DNA of 64,000 nucleotides from the NCBI RefSeq assembly GCF_009914755.1, contig NC_060942.1; one strand, 5' to 3'. A model generated the notes under the pieces. It did not search any database. It was not told the origin of the DNA and saw only the letters and a program-made list of their open reading frames with translations. The translations under genes and the position numbers were made by a program. This DNA is from the human T2T-CHM13v2.0 reference genome, Homo sapiens. Below are positions 50,131 to 60,549 of the stretch, one piece after another; position 1 is the first letter of the stretch, and each line of letters begins with the position of its first letter.

Positions 50131-50899
50131 TAGGGCTAAGCTGGAGAAAGCGTCATCCAATAGTTACAGAAGGTTACAAGGAGTTTTAGGGAGTTGAGTG
50201 TGAAAAGAGCAGTTGTACTGAACTGCAGCTGTTTTCTTTTTTTTTTCTTTTTTTCTTTTTTTTTTTTTTTTTTTTACATCTGGACATCCTAAAAGGAGGA
50301 GTCAAGAGAAAAAAAGAAAATGAAAAACAACAACAACAACAAAATTGACAGAAAGAAAGGAAAGGCAGGAGGCCCTAGAGGAACTGGAAATTTGTTCTTC
50401 TAAAGGGAAACTGGTAGGTCTGAGAACCCCCGGCCTCCAGATGACCTGGACATCAATGAGAAGGAATCAAGGCAGAATGCCAAAGCAATCTTCCCAAGGG
50501 TGCAAATAAATTATAATAAATATGTTATACTTTAAAATATATGTGTTCTTAAATAATTCAGTGTTTTTTCTGATTCTGAGTTTTTTAAGCAATGTCTTTA
50601 ACTGCTCTAAAGTCATTTACCAAAGATAAATATCGTGCTTTCATTAAATAGTTTTCCTTGTTTTTTTCTCTATCATTACAATTAAAAGTCCTACAAAATA
50701 TGCAAATTTATTTACAGAAAAACAGAGCCGGCATCATTTAAACATCCCTGTTTTTCAAAATTCCTTGTAAACAGTTTCAGAAATTCTTCAAAGATTGTTT
50801 ATTTTTCTCTCTCTTTTTTAAGGTTTTGTGTGTGTGTGTGTTGTCTAGTTGTTTTAAGATGAAAGTTCCCAGTTCTCCCTTGCCCGGAAAGTCTCTGGA

Positions 50900-51130
50900 G
50901 CAAGCGTGGAAGGCGAGTGAAGCGGAAGGTGAGTGAAGCGCGCGCAGCTCCCAGAGGGAAGCGAGAGGCGAGGATGACGGCGGCGGCGGCGGCGGCGACC
51001 CGGGCGACGCGACCGTTCCCGACCGACGGCGTGGCCTCCACCGGCGTCGGCAGCCAGGCGCCCGCAGGTGTGGGGCGAGTTCGGCCTGGCCCTTGGGGAC
51101 AACGGCATCCGACTGCACTCGCGGGGAGAA
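50900..51130. promoter_or_regulatory. Small CpG-dense island within the CELF4 3'UTR containing (CGG)6
   Basis: Abrupt GC/CpG-rich block between AT-rich tracts; cgg x6 at 50978-50995. Confidence 0.75.
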
Positions 51131-54100
51131 GGGATTGATGCTCTGTCTAAACTCTACAAAAGTACAGTCCTACAACATCTGGGATTTTAGCAGTAATGCT
51201 AACTTCTATAGGTTTTTTTTTTCCTTTTTTATTTTTTTTTTTTATTTTTTGCTTTCCTCTAATTTTTCTTCTATTATATAGGTATTTTAAACTTTTCCTT
51301 TTTAAAATTCTGTACAACTATTATGATTTTAAGAGGGGGAAGAGTTAGAAGCATTTACAGACTTTTCACAACAATGACCTTGCTTGGTAAGTCCCATTTG
51401 TTCCCCTCCTTGTTTTCTCACACTTCACGGGTGAGTTTTAAGATTTGTGTTGCTTTCCCCAAATATCCACCAATTTGTTCATCTTTTAACAGCTCCATCC
51501 AGACATAGAATACAGAAAACCATAGGAAAGTGTCATAGACTTGGATGAGGGTCATCAAAGCGCCTCTCAAAGTATCAAAGAACTATTATCTTGCTGTTTT
51601 AAAAGCATTGAAGCGTTATTTTTCCTTTTTTTGTTGTTTTTTTGTTTTTTGTTTTTTTTTAAATTTTTTATTACATTTTTTCATAGAATCGCTCTAAGCT
51701 GTTTCAAGAACAGCCATGAGGCAGGAAGGAGGGGGTCCTCCATTCCCCCTCTATTTGACATAGAGCTACACATCTGCAATAAAAAGTTTGGTCCTTTGGT
51801 CCCTAAATAGCTAAAGGAATGACAGATAGAGATGCTCAGTGGCGGCCTCTCAGCCGCCCCTTGGGGACCAGGCCCCACGCACCACTTGCCCCAGCCTGCG
51901 TCAGGCGCCCGTGGGCTGGAAAAGCCCCGGGATCGGTAAGCAGCGTCTCCTCCCAGCTCCCAGCCCTTCAGCCTCCCCGTCTGCTCGTGATATTTTGTTT
52001 TAAAGTTGCCTTTTGTGTGTTTTTTTCTCATTTTTCTTCATCTTCTTCTTCATGTCATATATATTTTCCCCCAAACACGTGCCCTCTGAACTCCATAGAC
52101 GCTATACTTTCCTTGAAGAAATGTTACAGTCACACAGACAGTGTCTGGAGTCTTCAGCTTGATTGATATTGGCTGATATGTCAAAGGTGTCATCCAACAG
52201 TTCTCATTTATAAATATATATAGAGAGAGGTTTGTTTTTTAATGTAGCCCGTTCAGCATCCTGCCCTAAAATGAAGAAAATCAGGGCTGATTAAGCCAAG
52301 AGGGAAAACACAAACAGCATCCAAACACCAATAGGAACCTGCCTCAGGGGCTAGGATGGGAGCTCTAGGGGATGGTGGGAGGGAAGGAAGAGAGACCAGT
52401 ATGAGAATTAGTCATGATCATGATACATTAAAAAGAAATATACTCTTCTATTCAGAGTAGAAACCACTGGGAGGTCTAGTGGTGATGGTTGTAGCTGAGG
52501 TTTCGTTGTTGGGAGAAGGTTCTTGATTTGGGTTACTTTAGCATTCTGGATTGGGGGTAGCTACATCTAAGGGGAGAATTTGGGACTGCGGGATATGAAT
52601 TCATAATTAAACTTGTCTCTGAGGGATCTAGCCCAGATACAATATGTATACAGAAGCCTAGCAAACAAGATAGGAAAAATCTAGCAGCCCAGCCCACTCC
52701 TCCCAGCTCAAGGGAAAGAAGGAAGACACATCCGTGACTCAAATTTTGTAGAATCCTTGCCCAGCTTCCAGCCAACCACTTCTTTCCCGGGGTCAGTAAC
52801 TATTTGCGAGGCTGTGTATATATATGTATATCTGGATATATGTGTAGAATATATTCACCTGCACATATGTGGATATACATGGATATGTGTGTATGTATAT
52901 GCATATATACACACATACACACACATAATACTTTTCTCATACATGCCAGGGAATTTAGAGGAATTCAGAACTTCAAGGGAGTGGATGGGAAAACCTAAAA
53001 AAGGTCAGAAGAGATTTAATTATCAAACTTAAATAAATTAACTCAGACAGTGCTTGATTTTGTTTTGAATGGTGGCTTTTTGGTGTTTTGTTTTGCTTTA
53101 AAAAAATCATGATCTGACTAGAATCAGAAGGCGAATGCTTAATCATTGTGAATTAACAAATGAGACTCATCTCCATTCTAGCAAGCAGCTTCCACTTATA
53201 CATGGGGGTGACTGGTTACATCAAGAAAGTTAGAACTGCAAAGCCCCCACTTGAGGGGACAACGTCATGCGTATATCAATCCATGCTGGCAGGTTTTTCA
53301 CACTGTTGATTCAACAAACAGCAAACCGTACACAGCAGTCTAAACAATTACAACACCAAATAAAATAATAATAAAATTAAAAAACACTTGTCAAGGACCC
53401 TTTTTCAGTTGTAAACAAAAAGGTGCATTTTGCTTTTGTTAGTACTGTTTCTTCCAAACCAACCAAAAAAAACCCTCCCGAGCCCCCAGTCCCCAGCCTC
53501 CCCTCCCCACATTTAATTTAGCAGAAGTGGTTACAATACAAACCTTACAATTGTTACCGGGCTCTCTTGCAGAGGCCTCTGGCTTTGTACTCTAGTTTTT
53601 TGGTTTAGAATTTTTTTATCATTCTGTTACTGTAGATATTTTGTTTTTGTTTTTTTGTTTTTGTTTTTTTTCCCTTTGAAGTGAGATTGAAAATAGCCTA
53701 ACTGGAAAAAGACCAGACCTAGGAAAGTGTCAATTGAAAAAGGCCCCCAAATTTCTAGAAAAAAATAAAATCACAATATTTTCAAGTGCAAGTAAATCAA
53801 CCACGCATAGATATTTTTAAGATGTTTTCCTTATTTTTAAGAAAAAAATAATGGTTTGCACAGGTAAATGATCCCATGTTTGATAATTCAGGAATTCATC
53901 TTTATTTTGACTATTTTTTGTTCTTTTGTTTTGTTTTTTTCTCTATGTGACATCTAGAGAAGCATAAAAAAACGCTGAACAAGAAAAACCAAACAACAGA
54001 AAGTAAAACCACTGCAAGCACCAAGAACGAAACGAAAATGAGCACAGCAAAAAAGATTGTGGCAGCACAAAAGTCAAGAAAATGCACGTGTGATCATGAC

Positions 54101-54688
54101 TGGCCAATCATCAACTGATACAACATCCAAGAAAAACGCTCCAATCACAGCACCTCCACGAAACTTGACGGCAATTGTCATGCAACCGATTCTTAGCCTT
54201 GTTACATGACGCCATCATGTCACACTGTGAACTTTGAGTTGATTTGAACTTACGGATGGGGGACTTTTCTCCACTCTCATGTGATTACGTGAACTTTATT
54301 CCTAGCTCAGCGCGAGACTGTGGTGGATTTGACTGGCCCTGGTTGGGTTGTTGGAATTTGATTGAATGACAAAAGAAGAAAAGATTTATATATATATTTA
54401 TATATGTAGAGAGAGAGAGAGAGAGGACAAGAGAGTGTGGGTGGGGGAAGGAAGAGGTGGGGCAGGGCAGGTGGGGTTGGGGAGTGTGGGAGGGCAGGGA
54501 GGGCTGGGATTTGGGTGAAGGAGGGCAAGGAAGAAGTTAAAACAAAATTAAAAAGAAAATATATTTATACAGCACCAGACCACAGCATCAATCTAGAAGC
54601 TCTGATGAGAGAACAGCAGTCAAATCATAAGAGAACTGAAAAGAACTCAAAGGATGGAGGAAGCCAGCAGACAAACATGGGCACATCA

Positions 54689-54744
54689 ACACACACACAC
54701 GCACACACACACGCACGCACACACATACACACATACACACACAC
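54689..54744. repeat. Imperfect (CA)n microsatellite, reading (UG)n in CELF4 pre-mRNA
   Basis: acacacacacacgcacacacacacgcacgcacacacatacacacatacacacacac. Confidence 0.9.
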
Positions 54745-57700
54745 GGTTGTTTATGCAGACACATGATACACTGTGAACAGAAGCAGAACCTCACACAGGG
54801 CCACTAAGGGCATCCATCATGCGTTGGGGAGGGGGGCATGGGCGGTTTGGCAAGGGGGCCAGAAAAAAAATAAAACAGCCCCTCAAACCACCTTGGCCAG
54901 CAAGCAATCTCAGGGAGCAGGCGCTCTGCTTTTCATCACCCTTGATTCTTTCTCTCCCCCAGGGGTGGCGCTCCCTCCCTCCTCAGCTTTCTGTGACTAC
55001 AGCCTGTGGGCCAGCAGGGGATGTCTGTCAAGGTGGCCCTGGTCAGCTGGGTAGGTCAGAGGCTTGCTATGGTAACTGCTGTGTCCACGGGGTCCATCTA
55101 CAAAATGCTTTGCTGCCATAGTACCACCCAGGCTGGCAGCAGCTCGGCCCTCCCACCCTGTGGACCCACCCTGGCCACCATCCTAGAGAAGGCTGCAAGG
55201 GCACCCACTGTGGAGGTTATGGCCCTCCCCCGTTTCTGCTCCACCTCAAATTACTTTCCTCAGAACCTGAGCAGGGTTCATTTTGAGATTTAGGGTAAAA
55301 TTCATCAATGTTCTTGGAATTCTAGAAACATGCCTTGGCACTACTGAGTTCATCTTGCATTTGCCTTACCCTCTTTCTTTGCTCACACTCTTTGCCTTGC
55401 TCCCAAGTGGCCTGTGTAACCAAACTGAGGCTGCATCTAGGCACATGAAGCCCTTCGAAGGTTCTGCAGCCCTGACCCATAAAAGCGCCACATGGAAGGC
55501 TGGAGGGTGCCCTGCAGGGGGCCATGTGCAAGGCTGGAGGGTCCCCTGCAGGGGGCACAGAGGCGAGCGCCTCCAGCCTCTGCTGCTCCCACTCTTGCTC
55601 TGCTGACTTCCCCTCCTCCCTACCCCATCCTCTTTTCCCACCCTCTCACCCCATACCCCTCCAGGAACAGCTTTCCAGCCTGGCCCACCGCAAGGCCCCA
55701 ACCTTCAGCTTTCTTTCCTGGTGGAGCCCTAAGTAGTTGAGAATGAGTTCTCTTCGCTATCAGGAATCATCAGGTGATTCAACTTTCGGCTGACTTCTCC
55801 ACCCCTCACCACTTCATAGTCCTCTGCTGCACCTGGGCCCCTTTGGGGTCCTTAGCTCCACCCCTCCCCATAGTTATCTTGAGCTTGCACTGGATTCCCT
55901 GCTCCCCTGTGGCACTCAGGCCTGGGCCAAGGCCTGTGTGCCAGGTTGATCTGCAGGCTTTCCAGTCCACAGGCTTCTACATACAGCAGACTTTCACTCT
56001 CAGCTTTATGCTTTCCTGCAGGGAGGGAGGGAGGGAGGAAGGGAGGCCTGGGATCTTAAAATATCACTGTGGATGAGGGGCAAAGAAGCTGAGCCCAAGC
56101 CCGGCCTCCAGCTCAACCTTCACAGAAGCACCCTAGACTCCTCCTCTGCAGACCCCAGCCTGCCTGCCCACCAGGGCTGGGTTCTTTGCTCTTCCAACAC
56201 TGGATCTCCTTCCCCCAGATCAGGGACCGTCCCATGCCCACCAAGTCCTGAAATGCCACTTCCAACTCCTCCCAGAAGCCCTTAGACCCACCCAGGATGG
56301 CCAACGGGCAGCTCCCGTTGGCACGGGAGAAGAGGCCTAAGGAACTAAGGAGGGTATTGCCATCAGATGGGGGCTGTGGCAACTGCAACTCAGGGACTCC
56401 CTGGGACTCTCCTCTTTCTCCCTCCATTCCAGCCCTGAGCCCTTCATGGGCGTTTACTCCTTCCCACTCTGCCTGCTCCTCTCCCAGCTTTAGAGTGCAA
56501 CCGCTTGTCAGGGCCAGGCACTGTCCTGTGTACTGCAGCACAAACCTGAATAGCACACAGCCCCTGTCCCTAAAGCTCAATCTAGGGAACTTCCTCACAC
56601 ATACCCTCATCTCTCACACATGTGTGGCCCTAGACACATAACACACCCTCACACTCAGTCCCTGAGGAGCCCCCAAGACTCCACGGGCTCAGCTGGCTAC
56701 TGTCTTCATTAGGCAGCAGCTCCTCTTCTGCCTGCAGGGTGACCCCTTCCCGACCACTCTCGGGGTGGAGGCTCACAGAGCACAGCCCTAGGTGTGGCAG
56801 TGGGATCACTGACCGGCATGGTGAAGTCCAACTCACCGAGCTGGGTGAGGAAATTATGGCCAAGCTGAACCAATTCAGATCTCAGGTCCTAAAATCAGCT
56901 GGTCTCAAGCAAAGGAGGGCCAGGCCGAAAGCTACAGCCTGGCCCTGTATAGGTCAGACCCAAAGCACCTGTGCCTGCAAAGCCTGGACCCGACACTCTC
57001 CAAAAGCATACTCAGAGCCAGAGTCACAGGACTCACTGGGGTCAGGACAAGATGCTTGGTGCACTCTCCAGCCATAGAACTGGAGTGCTAGAAGTCTGAG
57101 AACCTGGCCTGCTGCTGGGGCCCAGTGTGTCTGGTAAGCAGTGGCGGAACAAGGGGCTCAGAGGCCAATCTCTGAGCTGGGCGGGGCCAGGCTGGGTGTG
57201 TTCTGCCCGCTGGCTATGGACCTGGCCACATGCATGTTTTTGCCTACTCTTCCTGCCTTTGCTTCCTTCCTTATTTATTTCCTGGCAAAGATTGCTTAGA
57301 GAAACTCCAGTCTTAGCACAAGACAACAAACCCAAGCCACCAGAGGGGTAGGGCAGTGGGGAAGCAGAAAACCCGCCAGGAAGGAGAGTCACTGACTCCA
57401 ACCCTAATCCCACCCCACTCAGGACCTTGCTTCATGGAACCAAAGCCCAACTGTACTCCCCACAGCTGCCCTGCCTAGCCCTTCTCCCTCCCCTAGGTCT
57501 GTCCCCACTCCCTTCTGACTTGGCCTTAGAAAGCCTGCACCACCATGGGGCAGCTGCCCTAGCCCTGAGGTCCCCCTTCCACCTCCCACTTTGCTCCCAG
57601 CTATGGCTGGTCCCTCGGCCCCTGCTCAGGCTTCCTGCCCTTCTGAGCACCTGGGGCTGCAGCTCAGGCCTCAGCACAAATGAATACCCTTTACTGGCCT

Positions 57701-58966
57701 GTGATACCAGGCAGTATTTTAGCTGATTTTTTGTGCCTTTTCCTCCCTCGCTGGCAGTCCGAGGGCAGCCACTTCTCATTGAGCCACTGCCTCAAGGCAG
57801 TCCCCAAGGCTGCCTTGAGAAGCTCTCTATCTCTTCTTAGCAACCGCCTTCTATTAGAGCTTCCAACAGTCTTGGGCTGGGAAGCCTGACAGCACCATTC
57901 GTTAAAATACTGTCTAAATGAAAATTAAATGTCAACCTTACTGTAGGAGTTATGTGACATAGTAGTTTTTTAAAGGACTGCTTAGTAGAAAGGAGGTGGT
58001 TAGATGGCTGACCCCAGAAAAGTGAGGTGTCATATGTACTCCCTCAGGACATTCAGGGTACTCTGGGGTGATAGGTTGGGGTGAGGGTAGGGTGGGGCTT
58101 CTCATTCTCCTCACTTGAAGGGGAGAAGGCTCCCTGGCTTCAAAGCTTGGCTCTGTGACTCACTAGCTGATGGGCAAGCTACTTAATCTCTCTGTGCCCC
58201 ATCTGTGAAATGGAAATACTAACACTACCTACCTTATAGGTAGTTGTAGCTATGTAGTTAACATCTCCTAGTTGTTACTTCTCGGAGCAGTGCCTGGTGC
58301 ATGGTAAGCACTGTGTGAAGGTCTAGGGTTCTAATCTTTCTGCCCTTTGCATGCCCTGGTGGAAGAACCGACTCTGTGTTTTAAACCACTCCTCCCAAGC
58401 CCCCACCCCAACTCTGAATGCCAGCTGGTTCAACCCTGTGGGCACTTCTGACCTTATATCCCAAACAATAAACCTGCCTTCTCACTCCTTCATCTGGGAA
58501 TTCTTCTAACCTAGAGGTTTTATCCTGGCTTGAGCCAAGGAGGCTAAGACAAGCTACTTTCAGGGGTGCCCCTTGGAATCTCGGGACATGACCCTGCCTG
58601 ATTCATATCCCCCTAACCCCCAAATCCTCTAGTTGACTCTAACACCTTAGTCTCATTAATGAGAAAAAAGAAGCCCAAAGAGGACAAGCACCCTAACCCA
58701 GGTCACACCTTAATGGCAGAGCTATGCTGATTTAAGAAAAAGTGTCCTATATACAGAAAAAGCTGCTTTCACGAAACCGTCCCTCCATTCCTATGGAAAT
58801 GCCCCCATCTGCAAGCTGCCTCCTGGTGTCTGTGTGTGCACAGAGCCAGAAGCTCCTCGAGGGCAGGGATGGTGACTCATTCATCCTTGCATCCCCCACA
58901 CTGGGCCCAGTGCCTGGCACAAGAAGGTGCCCAAACTCTGAATAACATGTGTGTTTGCATCTGGAC

Positions 58967-59022
58967 ACAAGCCAGAAATGGGCAAGGATGGGAAACAAGC
59001 CAGAAATGGGCAAGGATGGGAA
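58967..59022. repeat. Perfect 28-bp tandem duplication
   Basis: ACAAGCCAGAAATGGGCAAGGATGGGAA x2. Confidence 0.92.
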
Positions 59023-59219
59023 ACCAGGAGGCAGGAAAGACTGGTTTTGCTTTTCCAGGATTGCAGAGAGTGGAGGCACAAGCACTCCCCCAGAGAGAAG
59101 GCCCCTGCTCTCTGAGGGTGAGAGTTGCTACTTCTGGGTGGAGGAAGGGTGTTCTGCTGGTATCTGTACCCCAGCACTGGGTGGAAGATTTGAGGGGAGA
59201 CTGGGAAGCTGGAGACCTC

Positions 59220-59915
59220 CCTCCCAAACTCTGGACTGTGAAACTCAAATGTGTATTTTTCACATGCCTGATCTTTCTCCCAATCCCTCTGTTCTTCCAG
59301 TGACTTGGGCCAAAAGCCTGGGACTCATCCTTGGCTCCTCTTTCAAAATACACCTAGAAATTAATTCCTTCACATCTCATCAACTGCTGTGACACTGGAC
59401 TGAGTGGTCAGTGCAGTAGACCTATGCTTTGGCCCCCTACAAGCTATTGTCAACACAGAAGCCAGGGTGACCCCACTGAAATGCAAGTTACCCATCACTC
59501 TCCTATTCAGAACTCTCCAATGCTCTCTCCATCTCCCATTTCAGAGAAGAGACCAAAGTCCACGCAGTGGCCTTCAAGGCCCCACACCAGGTGGCCCTCC
59601 TCACTCTCCCAGCAACCCAGTCTCTTGCTGTTCCTACTCCACTCTGCAGCCCCACCTTGCAGCCTCCATACTGACTGTTCCCTCAGAGGCGGGGGCATGG
59701 CTGCTTCCCTCACCTTCTATGCTCCAATTCACTTCCTCAGTGAGATCTACACTGACCATGTGGTTTAACTGTAGCCAACAATCTCGACATACTAGATCAT
59801 ATTCTTTGATCACACGTCATTGTTTATTGTCTGTCTCCACCTTCTCAATCTTGCTCACTGCTGAACCCCAAGTACCTAACACAGTAGCTGGCACACAATA
59901 CTGCTGAATAAATGG
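59220..59915 (+). mobile_element. L2 fragment
   Basis: ccaaaagcctgggactcatccttggctcctc ... acctaacacagtagctggcacaca...tgctgaataaatg. Confidence 0.7.
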
Positions 59916-60549
59916 AGGAACATGGGCAGGGAGGGGCGGTCAGAGGGCAGCAGGGTGCTGAGCTGGAAAGGCCCGAAAGGAGCCTTCACCTCTGCTCTGT
60001 GAAGAAGCCGAGGCTGCAAGAGCCACAGCACTGGGGGAAACCATTCTGAAGGTTGACTTTTGATGTCCTGGGGAATCTCCCCCCATTCTTTCTGCAGGAA
60101 GAACTTTGCTCAGGGGAACACGTGGGCTGGAAGAGGCGTGGCTGACTGTGTCTTCAGCTCCTAGGCAGGACCCAGCCCAGCAGAAAAGGTAACAACGACC
60201 ACTCATCATGACCCGTGTGGGGCAGGCAGGGCCCGGGATCTCAGTGCTGTACCATCACCCTCCTCAGCTTTCATCCCATCCTGCTTTGTTTCTTAGTAAA
60301 GTTCCCTTTGAAAGATCCTGTCCTTCCTCTCTTCACTGAGCTATGGGGAAAGACAGGGGTGCAGGGGTCAAGTGTCTAAAGGCTACCAGCCCTCCTGGAA
60401 GAACTGGGGAGGAGAGAGCCGGGGGTCTGGGAGCAGGCCCCGCGGGCGGCTGCAGCTCTTCTGGGTAGAGCCTGTTCTGCCCCCAACCTCCCTCAGCCTG
60501 AGCTTGCCACCTGTTCACCCCAGGGTTCTCTGGCCAACAGGACTGCCAA

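Larger units (their letters stand above)
50105..52265 (-). other. CELF4: Non-coding terminal exon (3'UTR) of CELF4
   Basis: Acceptor ctgattttcttcatttTAG|GGCAG|GATG at 52266/52265 (alternative 52261/52260). Repeat-free, A/U-tract-rich sequence ending at a minus-strand AATAAA (50130-50125). Confidence 0.8.

Noticed and set aside
50232-51680. Long T tracts (A tracts in CELF4 mRNA) as retrocopy tails or real 3' ends
   Set aside because: No TSDs or adjacent retroposed sequence. They are genomic tracts likely to cause oligo-dT internal priming artefacts.
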